IMG/VR virus record: IMGVR_UViG_3300020450_000010
Location: 1-64,000 of that record
Strand: one strand, 5' to 3'
DNA length: 64,000 bases
Source of the DNA: a virus
Positions 47,034-56,800 of this stretch are shown here, one piece after another. The position numbers were made by a program, and so were the translations under genes. Numbering within the stretch: position 1 is the stretch's first letter; each line of letters begins with the position of its first letter. The notes beneath the pieces were generated by a model. The model saw only the letters and a list, made by a program, of their open reading frames with translations, did no database searches and was not told the DNA's origin.

Positions 47034-48026
47034 CTATGTATCTTCGACTCCTATATCATCAACGACTTGTGCCTCGGTAATCATTGCACCAAGTCTGTGA
47101 GGATTTTTATAAACAGCTTTGAAGAATCGACTTGCAACGGGATCCATATCACTTATTTCTAAGTCTAACACTCCTCGTAACTCACTTCCTAGCCTAACTG
47201 TTTCCTCTTTTAGTTTATTTAAGTCCCATGTCGCACCAGTGTTAACACACATCTGATCACCGCCTTCGAATTTGGGAAATAATTCAGTTTGAAAATAATT
47301 ACTTAACCAATCAAAATCTCTAACGTTTTTCCAGTCCCAATCATGCCTTTGAATATTGGTCATATAGCATCCTAGTCTGGATCCGTATATTGCCCATAGT
47401 CCGTTTGTAACATCTTCTCCAATACTCATCCACACCAAAAGTCTTTTATAATTTTCTCTATATATTCTTTTTATATCTTGTGGATCAACAACATCACCGT
47501 TTTCCAAACCCATCTTTACACCTTCACGGAAACCTGCTCTCCAGGCTTGTAGTGGTGAACCATTGTTCATTACATCACAGTACACATTGTTCATTTGCAC
47601 ATAATGGATATTCCAACAAAAGTCAACCTGTGCTCTTTTATCACTTTGCGGGGCCGCTTCATGTGTACGCATTTGATTTACTACATCAACGGGCCAACAT
47701 TTGATACCACCATTTCCATATACTAATCCATTCACTGTATTTTTTCCAGCCCAACTAATTACATCAACTGCTCTAATACGGTCCATGTCAATTTCAATAT
47801 TGAAAAAATCTTCTCTTACAATATTATCAGCATCTACTGTAATAAACCTATCTGTATCACATAATGCCGCCGCCGCTTTGTGTGCGGCATCACTTCCCCA
47901 TACACCATGACTACGTTTTGCCCAAGGACATTTGTTAAGCAAATCATTAAAATTTTGTTCAGCGTTAGGTTCATCATAACTAATAAAAACTATATCAAAT
48001 TCAGTTATAGGTACAAGGTTACTCAT
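47034..48026 (-). CDS. GT-A fold glycosyltransferase-like protein
   Basis: ISYDEP, HKAAA, VDADN (DxD), YGNGGIKCW, AWRAGFRE. Confidence 0.7.
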   Translation of the reverse strand: MSNLVPITEFDIVFISYDEPNAEQNFNDLLNKCPWAKRSHGVWGSDAAHKAAAALCDTDRFITVDADNIVREDFFNIEIDMDRIRAVDVISWAGKNTVNGLVYGNGGIKCWPVDVVNQMRTHEAAPQSDKRAQVDFCWNIHYVQMNNVYCDVMNNGSPLQAWRAGFREGVKMGLENGDVVDPQDIKRIYRENYKRLLVWMSIGEDVTNGLWAIYGSRLGCYMTNIQRHDWDWKNVRDFDWLSNYFQTELFPKFEGGDQMCVNTGATWDLNKLKEETVRLGSELRGVLDLEISDMDPVASRFFKAVYKNPHRLGAMITEAQVVDDIGVEDT

Positions 48027-49033
48027 TAGTTTTCTCCTAAATTCATATCGAAGGTAATGTTCTTATGTTCTTCTCGTGTCATAATTTTACACGTTTTTAA
48101 ATCCATATCAGTATTAAGTATAACTTCTTGATTATATCCTACATCATTGAAAGGAATATGCAACATACCATTAAGTATATTTACATTGTTTTCATTTAGT
48201 ACATACAAAAATATATCTCCATATATTTTTTGTTCTGCTGGTTGCACAAAATTACTTCTAAGATAAAATTTATCTTCCTTGGGAATTATAGTAAAAGTAT
48301 TTGTAACTTGTTGATCTTGTTCTGTAATATCATGTATTAATCTTCTTTTATCTCTTCTTCTACTAAATTCAGCTCTGACAAAATTTTGTTTTCTTTTGAC
48401 TCCATAAGTTTTAAATATTTTTTTTGTTAATACAGTGATTTCACCAAGTCCACAGACAGGTCTAAGTTTATGCAAGTCGTATAAAATATAACCACTGCTC
48501 ACTAATTTTTTTGTATCTATCTCTATTGTGCCAATCAAATAATTAGGATCATTCTGTTTTATAAGAAATAATTGTATGTTATCATACTTTCCTTCGTTGT
48601 CTTGATTCACTGAAATATGTTTATGGAATCTTCTACCTGTCATCCTATACAGTGTATCTTCGTTGAAGTTGACTTCCATTTTCCAACTGTTGATGTAAAA
48701 TATTATATTTACATCTTGATTATTTTTGACTATTGGTAGTTTACTTAGAAAATTTTCAGCAGATCTAATTCTAATGCTTTCAGTTTTTTCCACTAATTTA
48801 AATCCATCGGTTAGTTCAATTACAGAATATTTCTGTGGATTAAGATCTCCAGTTAGTATTTTTCTTGCATCCTCAGATGTTGTATATACATATGGATATT
48901 TTATTTCTTCTCTAGGTCTATTTGTAACTGTAATTACTTCTTCCGTGAAATCATCAAAATACACACAAAATCTATGCGGAGTATCTTTTTCGTGTTTAGT
49001 GCTAACAAGAGGATTATGAACTTCTATAGACAT
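48026..49033 (-). CDS. hypothetical protein
   Basis: 335 aa ORF inside the GT block; no motif recognised. Confidence 0.75.
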   Translation of the reverse strand: MSIEVHNPLVSTKHEKDTPHRFCVYFDDFTEEVITVTNRPREEIKYPYVYTTSEDARKILTGDLNPQKYSVIELTDGFKLVEKTESIRIRSAENFLSKLPIVKNNQDVNIIFYINSWKMEVNFNEDTLYRMTGRRFHKHISVNQDNEGKYDNIQLFLIKQNDPNYLIGTIEIDTKKLVSSGYILYDLHKLRPVCGLGEITVLTKKIFKTYGVKRKQNFVRAEFSRRRDKRRLIHDITEQDQQVTNTFTIIPKEDKFYLRSNFVQPAEQKIYGDIFLYVLNENNVNILNGMLHIPFNDVGYNQEVILNTDMDLKTCKIMTREEHKNITFDMNLGEN

Positions 49034-49862
49034 TTATGACTTCATCAGTTAAAAAATTTTCATCGCAGTAATGGATAATACCACTTGTGATAATGTGATT
49101 TTCGATTTGTATCTTACCGTTCGAACTAATCCAATAATTCAACATTTCAGTCCATTCTTTTGGTAAATCTTCAGTCCAAACACCTTGACAGTCTGCATGT
49201 AAATCAAAATGATTGCCTACTAAAACTCCAATTTCGTCTTTAATATCTAAACAGTGCGTAACTAAATTACACAAAATATTTTTATCAAATGTACCAGGTT
49301 TCTTATCAGTAAAAAATCTATTATATGCACTTCTCCAATTTTGCATAATTGGATCTGCCATCTTGAACCATTCTAATGCTAGTTGTGTATCATTTTTCCA
49401 ATAAATCATATTGTTAAAAAATTTTGGTAAATCATACAAAGACTCAAATTCAAATCTATATGTATTGTCTATAGAATAGTTTCTGTAACTTAATGCATTT
49501 TGTGGCACAGCAAAGTCGCCTTTAGAACTCATTATATCCCATAATAAATCTATATCTATGTTGTGTAATAGAGTGTCTGAATCAACATATATTGTTTCAT
49601 CAAACGGACTACAATGAAACATTTGCCAAATATTCATTCCATGAAAACCATCTACGTGAGCACTATTTCCAAAAGGTAACTCAACAATATAATCAAAAAC
49701 CAACAAATAGTCTTTAGGCACCAGATCACTTTTGCCTTTGTCAACAACCAAACATGTTAAAGAATCTGGATCACTATGCTTAATACTACTTGCAAGTGCA
49801 TAACTGTGATATATCCTATCTTTTTCCGTATCTATGCCAAGTGTAATAAATCCTTTAGACAC
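49014..49862 (-). CDS. GT-A (GT8-like / nucleotide-diphospho-sugar transferase) glycosyltransferase-like protein
   Basis: YALASSIK, FDYIV, SPFDETIYVDSD (DxD), IIHY; GTG start 49862 behind GAGGAG. Confidence 0.68.
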   Translation of the reverse strand: MSKGFITLGIDTEKDRIYHSYALASSIKHSDPDSLTCLVVDKGKSDLVPKDYLLVFDYIVELPFGNSAHVDGFHGMNIWQMFHCSPFDETIYVDSDTLLHNIDIDLLWDIMSSKGDFAVPQNALSYRNYSIDNTYRFEFESLYDLPKFFNNMIYWKNDTQLALEWFKMADPIMQNWRSAYNRFFTDKKPGTFDKNILCNLVTHCLDIKDEIGVLVGNHFDLHADCQGVWTEDLPKEWTEMLNYWISSNGKIQIENHIITSGIIHYCDENFLTDEVINVYRSS

Positions 49863-50760
49863 TACTATTCTCCTCAAACATGGTGTTTATATTTTCAATC
49901 TGTCTATCAAATGCACGTTTGTTCATAAGATGCATATTTGTGTTTGTATGCCTACACAAAATATTTTTCCATGCTTCAAGTCTATTGTGTTTTAAAAATA
50001 CAAAATCGTTTAAACTGTTTAGCTTTACAATATCATCCTTTTGATCCATATTAAGCAATGGAGTGCTTTTAAAATCATCCATGAATACTTCATTTTGAAA
50101 ACCGTTGATCATATGACTAGCAATACTAACACAGAAATCTGTCCTAAATAGTGACTTTGGAAACTGATACAAAAGACTGTAATATTCCCAATTGTCTTTT
50201 ACATGACTCCAAATATCAAAAAACATTTTACTATGTTCGCTTTGATCAAAGTATACAACTGTACTCCACCAATGATTAATTCCTGCTCTATTAAGCATCA
50301 TTTCATCTTGATATGGTAGTTCACCTCCAAGATATTCTGCTGTTCTGTGCATAGCTACTGGAGTGTTTGTTTCAAATATATAATCATAAAAATTATTTTG
50401 TACAATAAAATCCGTATCAATCAATAGTGTACGTTCAAAAGGTGTATATTCAATTACTTTATGTTTATTTGAATTTTGAAACTGTGCAGTAAATTCTGAC
50501 CACGGACTGTCGTGATGCACTCTAGGATTACTAATATGTTCATCTTTAGTAATTATTACATAGTCAAAACAATAATCAATTGTCTGTTGACTTAAACTTT
50601 GTTTCATCCAGTTTTCAGTTCCTTCGTTGGTTATCAAAGCAACTTGATTATTTTTCATATTTCTTTTGACAAATTTACTTACAACACTTGCAAACTTAGC
50701 ATAGTCCAATTGTTCATTGTTGTAGGCAAAAATACATACGCCATTGCCATTTTTATCCAT
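49855..50760 (-). CDS. GT-A (GT8-like) glycosyltransferase-like protein
   Basis: FDYVI, TPFERTLLIDTD (DxD), FRTDF, HLMNK; paralogous to 49014-49862. Confidence 0.68.
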   Translation of the reverse strand: MDKNGNGVCIFAYNNEQLDYAKFASVVSKFVKRNMKNNQVALITNEGTENWMKQSLSQQTIDYCFDYVIITKDEHISNPRVHHDSPWSEFTAQFQNSNKHKVIEYTPFERTLLIDTDFIVQNNFYDYIFETNTPVAMHRTAEYLGGELPYQDEMMLNRAGINHWWSTVVYFDQSEHSKMFFDIWSHVKDNWEYYSLLYQFPKSLFRTDFCVSIASHMINGFQNEVFMDDFKSTPLLNMDQKDDIVKLNSLNDFVFLKHNRLEAWKNILCRHTNTNMHLMNKRAFDRQIENINTMFEENSSV

Positions 50761-51108
50761 TTACCAGTCCATTAAACTTTTTATGTTTCTAGCTTTTACA
50801 ATTTTATCCATTTGTGTTTTATACTCATTGGTAGATTCAGTATAAGCACTCAAAAGACTTTCTAAAAAATCTGCACAGTCTTCAACATATATGGGCTGTT
50901 CTTTGGAATCTAATATTATTGCATTTTGTTTTCCACTATCTATCAAAGTTTTTATAAAGCTAATTGTTGCAGGATTAGCATTAAATACTCCTCTGTTATA
51001 GTTAACAGTTTGTAACACATGCATACGCTGTCTTATTGTTCTTTTTTGATTACTTAATGTAATCCGATAATTTGCAAATTCTAATGCTTTTTCGAGTCTA
51101 TCATCCAT
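50761..51108 (-). CDS. hypothetical phage protein
   Basis: 115 aa, AGGAG RBS; first gene of the enzyme run. Confidence 0.78.
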   Translation of the reverse strand: MDDRLEKALEFANYRITLSNQKRTIRQRMHVLQTVNYNRGVFNANPATISFIKTLIDSGKQNAIILDSKEQPIYVEDCADFLESLLSAYTESTNEYKTQMDKIVKARNIKSLMDW

Positions 51109-51135
51109 GATGAGTTTCTCCTATAATTATATACT

Positions 51136-51165
51136 ACTATAACTTATTTATGTGAGGTTTGTCAA
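51136..51165 (-). promoter_or_regulatory. nested sigma70-like and late-like promoters at the head of the enzyme cluster
   Basis: Minus strand TTGACA (51165-51160), 18 nt spacer, TATAGT (51141-51136), with CATAAATA (51152-51145) inside the spacer. Confidence 0.55.
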
Positions 51166-51171
51166 CAGTTT

Positions 51172-52338
51172 TTAGCTATCATCGCCAGTGTTGAAGTTGT
51201 TTGTAATTGCTACTGTTGGAGCAGGCGCTACACTAAATGTTGCTCCACCTTGTGTTATTGCGTCTGGCATTAGATAGCTTAGTGTTGGAGTAAGTGTGCC
51301 GTCAATAATATTATTATGTGCAGTATCATCTAAAACCAATTTTAGATGCACTTCTGCTCCATTTGCCGCATACTTTCCATATAGTTTAAATTTTAATGAT
51401 TGATAGCTACTGTACATACTATAAGCACTAACATAAATTGTATTGCTGTATGAGCCACCTATAATAGCAGGATCAGCCCACTGTGGAAATCCACCAGGAC
51501 CAGTGATGTAACCATAACCATAACCTGATGTACCACTATCACCAACTGTTCTACCAAGTGTTACACCGCTTGATGTAAACAATAGACCTTCATCAGCTGA
51601 ACCAGCATCACTACCATCACCATAATATTGTGTTAGTTGATAAAAACCTTTTCCAGTGCTTGTGCCAGCTGTAGTACTACTACTCTGGGTTACTGTGTCC
51701 CAATCTAAGTTCAGCACACCCATTTCATTTATGACATCGCTCCAGTTGTAATAACCTGCTGTACTACCACCTGTCATTGCTAAATTCACTCTTACTTGTC
51801 CACCACTGTTAAAAAAATATCTTGCTTTATTATAACTCGACCATACCCATTTGTGTTCACCAGCAAGTTTTGTATTCCATTGGGTTGTTCTAGTATAAGG
51901 CCCTCCAGATGTTGGTGTTGCTACTAACGCACTTGCATTTGTAGCATCAACTGTAAGGTGATTGTTTCCGGTTAATATAGAAGTATCAAATTTGTTTTCT
52001 ACAACATTTAAATCTTCTGCTCGTATAGATGTATTAGCTGTTACGTTTACTCTTCCTGTAGGTACAGTAAACACCAAACTGCTATCGGTGACATTTACAT
52101 GGTCAATACTTACATTTGTGCGTTCGACCATAGCTTGTAATCTTGCGGCAGTAATTGTAGTGCCTGTAGCTAGATTGTATGCAATATCAGTTGCACCCCA
52201 ACCAAACTTGTGTGTATCTATTCTATTACTATCTGTGACCGCCGCAGACTGATAATTATCGCCAAAGACTTTGTTTACTTTTGTCGCCACTGTGTTATAG
52301 TGTGTTGCTGTTGCTAACTGTCCCTGGGAGACTGCCAT
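51172..52338 (-). CDS. virion structural protein (tail/baseplate-associated, putative)
   Basis: Thr/Ser/Gly-rich, ARYFFNSGG motif, located in the structural gene run. Confidence 0.65.
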   Translation of the reverse strand: MAVSQGQLATATHYNTVATKVNKVFGDNYQSAAVTDSNRIDTHKFGWGATDIAYNLATGTTITAARLQAMVERTNVSIDHVNVTDSSLVFTVPTGRVNVTANTSIRAEDLNVVENKFDTSILTGNNHLTVDATNASALVATPTSGGPYTRTTQWNTKLAGEHKWVWSSYNKARYFFNSGGQVRVNLAMTGGSTAGYYNWSDVINEMGVLNLDWDTVTQSSSTTAGTSTGKGFYQLTQYYGDGSDAGSADEGLLFTSSGVTLGRTVGDSGTSGYGYGYITGPGGFPQWADPAIIGGSYSNTIYVSAYSMYSSYQSLKFKLYGKYAANGAEVHLKLVLDDTAHNNIIDGTLTPTLSYLMPDAITQGGATFSVAPAPTVAITNNFNTGDDS

Positions 52339-53253
52339 TTACTTTGCTCCTACTACTACTTCTATTGTGCCTGCATCATCAGTATCTTTGGATTCTAATG
52401 CTCTACCAATTATAGGTCTGTAATCTGGAGTATCACCTGTATGTGCTTTTGCAGTGCCTGGTGTGTTACTTGAAACCAGTCTTTCTCCTTTGGCTACTTT
52501 ACCAATAACTTTACATGGAACACGACCTGCTAGTGCTACAAATGGATGTGTAGCATCTGAACCAGCGCCTGCATTCATTTCAAATCCTGGCGAATCACTT
52601 ACTATACCAAACACATCACTGTCGTGTCCTTCCGTTGTCTGTGTAATTTCTTTATCACCGCCTATTTTTACTACTGTACCTGCAGAATATTCTGCATCTG
52701 CTTCATATCTTTCAGCAAGGTCGGCATATTCTGCACTGGTCGCTATACCTCTAAACTTGTAGTTTGCTGTGCTATTCATTTGGATGCCTGCTTGAATAGT
52801 TGCAAACTGTGTAGTTAGAGCAGTTGTACCATCTTCTAAAAATTCTGTTGCATGCGGTGTCCAAACTGTAGTATCATCTGTTGTGATTGAAACAATATTG
52901 TTGTCAACAATTAATTCAATTGTTTTGTGATAAACACCTGCTGTGTCTTGTCTATTCCTGTACTCTATTCTAGTTGTGCCAGCTGGCGAACCTATTGTGA
53001 ACCATTGACCATTATCATAAAGTTTTAAAACACTGTTCGTAGTGTCATACCAAAGTTGACCTTCGGTTGGATTGCTTGGAGCACTTGCGTTAGCAAAATT
53101 TTCCAACAAGTGTAGTAAGTCTTCATTTAACAGTTCACCAAAGTTAGTATAATTTTTCCCAATTAAACTAAGACTTGTAGTTGTATCAACTGTTCCATCA
53201 TTTACTACAATTGCTGTTTTACTACTTGTGCTATAATCTACTGTATATGGCAT
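52339..53253 (-). CDS. virion/tail-fibre-like protein with C-terminal chaperone (peptidase G2/IMC-like) domain
   Basis: LIGKNY..FGE..NE..LHLLENFA, PTEGQLWYD; C-terminal YADLAERY, ALAGRVPCKVIG, IIGRALE. Confidence 0.7.
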   Translation of the reverse strand: MPYTVDYSTSSKTAIVVNDGTVDTTTSLSLIGKNYTNFGELLNEDLLHLLENFANASAPSNPTEGQLWYDTTNSVLKLYDNGQWFTIGSPAGTTRIEYRNRQDTAGVYHKTIELIVDNNIVSITTDDTTVWTPHATEFLEDGTTALTTQFATIQAGIQMNSTANYKFRGIATSAEYADLAERYEADAEYSAGTVVKIGGDKEITQTTEGHDSDVFGIVSDSPGFEMNAGAGSDATHPFVALAGRVPCKVIGKVAKGERLVSSNTPGTAKAHTGDTPDYRPIIGRALESKDTDDAGTIEVVVGAK

Positions 53254-53265
53254 CTCTATTTCCTT

Positions 53266-53865
53266 TTATAAGTCCGCAAACGAACTTCTTATCCTTAATG
53301 TATAAACAACTTGTATTTTTCTATTCGCACTTTTTTGTACGGGGTGGAAAATGACATGTGTTAAAAGTGTATCGTTGGCTGTGTATAATGCTAATTCATC
53401 AAACACATATGTACCGTTCATATTAGTTGCTGTATCTGATGCGTCTTGTCCGCTTGGTGTTCCATAGTCTAATGTACATGTTGCGATTACATCACTATGT
53501 GTGTTTGGACTTGTATGACTCATCTCTACACTATTATCAGCACTACCTGATATTGTTTCATCTATTGTGGTGCTGTGTGTTTGATTGTACAATGCACCAC
53601 TTGCACTGTTTGTATTAGTTGCTTTGTAAGTCACTGCACCTAATCCATCTATGCTTGTACCACCATTGCCAAAACGCATTGTCTTAATCTCGTAGGTGCT
53701 TGTAGATCCTGATTCGTTTGCTAATAAACTTGCGAGTGCAATACTCATGTTTTCAAAGTTTACAGCATTACGTCTACGAACCATAACTTCACCTGACTCT
53801 GGATCCCATATTTTAATGTGTCCTTCAATGCCTATCAGTGGTGTTTCAATTTGTTCTAAACTCAT
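53266..53865 (-). CDS. virion structural protein (putative)
   Basis: GHIKIWD, FGNGGT, FDELALY, HVIFHPVQKSANRKIQVVYTLRI beta-rich pattern; structural context. Confidence 0.65.
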   Translation of the reverse strand: MSLEQIETPLIGIEGHIKIWDPESGEVMVRRRNAVNFENMSIALASLLANESGSTSTYEIKTMRFGNGGTSIDGLGAVTYKATNTNSASGALYNQTHSTTIDETISGSADNSVEMSHTSPNTHSDVIATCTLDYGTPSGQDASDTATNMNGTYVFDELALYTANDTLLTHVIFHPVQKSANRKIQVVYTLRIRSSFADL

Positions 53866-53885
53866 TTGTCTTTTCCAATTTATAA

Positions 53886-53893
53886 TATTTATA
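53886..53893 (-). promoter_or_regulatory. T4-type late promoter TATAAATA
   Basis: Exact consensus overlapping the stop codon of the giant gene, upstream of 53865. Confidence 0.65.
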
Positions 53894-56800
53894 TCGATCC
53901 TTGCCCTGCATTTCTAATAAATGCGTGTTCAGGTGAGATTCCTGCGGCACTTAAACTTATTCCACTATCATTGTATGCAAGTCGTAAGTTATCTCCGTAA
54001 TCAGAGAACTTTTCTAGTATAGGTATACGTGTTGTTGCGCCACTGTTAACTACAGTTGCTCCACTATCATGTGCTTTTGCACTAGTTCCTAGTGTGCCTC
54101 TTGTACAGAACAGTAAGTTATTACCACTTATGGCACTGTATTCTATTCTTTCACTTCCTATATACACTACTCCTGGTACTTCACCTGTTCCATAAACTGT
54201 ATCAGGATTATCTAACTTGGTTGCATCTGTTACAGGAATAGTTGTATCTAAGCCAGTCACTGCGGCTGTGGTAGTTGTTTTGTTTGTATCTACAATAACA
54301 TTACTTAGTTGAATATTATTTGGCATATACATACTCATTCTATATGTTCTACTGTCAGATGTCAATTGACTTCCTTCTGTAAATGCATATGGAGAGGACA
54401 GTGCATATGATTTCACTAGATCCGCATTATTACCAGTAATAAACATGTTATGCCCGTCGGGTGAAATATGTATACCTGAAGGATTGCCTCCAATAAAATA
54501 AAATTCTTCATGTGTTGCTGTTGATATATCCCATGGTGTGGTAAGTTTCCATAAATCTACACCATTACCACGTGTGCCTACTACAAACAATCTTTTACCG
54601 TCGGGACTCCATTCTATACCAAATGGTTCTACGTCTATAGCGGTCATAGTCAAATCTTGATTGAATGTTGCTGTTGAAATATCAAATGCACTGCTTAAAT
54701 TGTATTCATATATCTTGTTATTTTGATCACCTGTAATGTACATTTTAGTGCCATCATCTTTAAAGTCAAGTCCAAAGTTATCACTGTCTACAGTTGTAAC
54801 AAGTGTTTGGGTAAAACTTGCAGTTGATACATCAAAGCCAGTTGTTAATGCATACTCGTGAACATTACTATTTCCTGTACCAGTAACAAACATTTTTGTA
54901 CCATCACTATTAAACTTTACTGCGGTTGGATTTGGACATTGTGTAACTGCATAACTGTCTACAAAAGCTACTGTAGAAGTTAAATCAAATCCTGTTGAAA
55001 GAGTATATTCATTTACATCATCTCCAGTTGTACCAATAATAAACATTTTTGTTCCGTCAGTGTTAAATGTTATGCCTCTAGGATTGGTTTCTTGAGCATT
55101 TACACTATAAGTTGCACCTGCTGTGACTGTGCCTGGTAAGTTTGTTTGTACAGCAATTGCAATGTTTTCTGTAAAATCAGTTGGATACAATTCACCATCA
55201 CAGTATTGATATCTTGGATTAGCAAATATATCACCATCTGCGATATTATCATAACTTGAATCAAGTGTAGTAAAACTGCTTTCATCAATATTGGTAGCAG
55301 TAGTTTCCATATCTGTTGTGAACAATCCGCCATCTAATATTTCGTCCCCATTCCACTCACATAAAGTATGGTCATTGTAAATCATAGTAATAGCAGTCTG
55401 TCTAGATACTTCTTCCATTTCTGCCATAGTTGCTTCTATGTGTGTGTTGCTTTCAGTGAGATCTAATAGCTTTGTATGGAATGGTTTAATACTTTCAAAA
55501 TAATCTTCAACTACACTTATCTGATATCTTTGGTATGTCTCTTTGTTTGTTAGTAATGGATGTTTTACTCTTAGTTTTACATAACTGGTTTTAAATGCAA
55601 AATCATCTGTTGTGTTTTGTAAAATTGCACTGTATAATAATTTAAACCACATTCTATTGTACATTACTTTGTGTCTATGCACAAAAATTTCACTTCGTAA
55701 TAGATCCATTAGTTTGCCTATTACGTCATTTGATCCACTATCGTAAGGTAAAACGCCAAATCCACCTGCATCAAAACCATGTCCAAATTTACTTTCTAAC
55801 CAAAGTTCTTCACTTAGATTGACAGTGGCTTTTTCCATGCTTACAAGTTTATCTACACCACCTGTAAACAAAAGCATCCTTTGTCTGTTTATTCCATCAT
55901 TACCTTGATTAGTTTTAATTAAAATATAACTACCATCTGGAATGTTTCCTATAAAATTTAAACGATCAGTATCACTATCAAATGTAAAATCAGCTACAGT
56001 GTTTGGATTAAATTCAAATGTTACGTTACCGTCAGAATCTCTTTCAACAAGATTCCAATCAACTAATGTAACGTAATCTTTAATATTGTAGGTTACATTA
56101 CCTTTTTCAAACGTTGCATGGAAACAGTTTTTCCAATTTACTACTTCGTCAATTAAGTTAACTTCTCCTAGTAGATCATTTACTGTAAAGACAAAATTTT
56201 GTCTTGCTTCTGCAACATCTCTAAACAAACTTTGTCTTGGTCTAATCAAATGACCATATCTATTGTACGGATGTAAATTATAATCAGGTAGGTGTTGTCC
56301 TCTCCATATTTTTATATCATCTATTTGTGTTGTATCATCAAATGTAAAATCATAAATCTGTTGCCAATTTGTCATTGCTGTATCCAATGCTGGATCACTG
56401 CCTTGATTTGATGATTTACGACTGATGTAATATTTTCCGTTTCTTATTACCACTGCATCTACTGAGTAACTTGTACTGTTACTCCAAGTTGAATAAGTTG
56501 TATCAAATGTATGATTATTAAAACCAGCTAGACTGTCACGCATTTTAATGTGCAAATATTCTGGAATATAGCAATTAGGATCACCTTCACCTAGTAAAGT
56601 CCAATCATTTAATGGCATGCTGTTTGTTGCTGTGTAATTTTTAGTTACCTGTACAACTGTGTTTTTCGTTACAAAGTTACTGACATTGTTTAACAACAAT
56701 TGATTAGACAACGAAGGTGCCGCCCATGCTATGTCAAATGCACTAGGATTTTTTAGTATCTGTGATATTTGACTTACATTGTATTGTCTAATACCTGCAT

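Noticed and set aside
6354-51108. Classical RiPP cluster with a precursor peptide
   Set aside because: No short Cys/Ser/Thr- or repeat-rich precursor, leader peptidase, PqqD/RRE domain or peptide exporter was recognised; not fully excluded.
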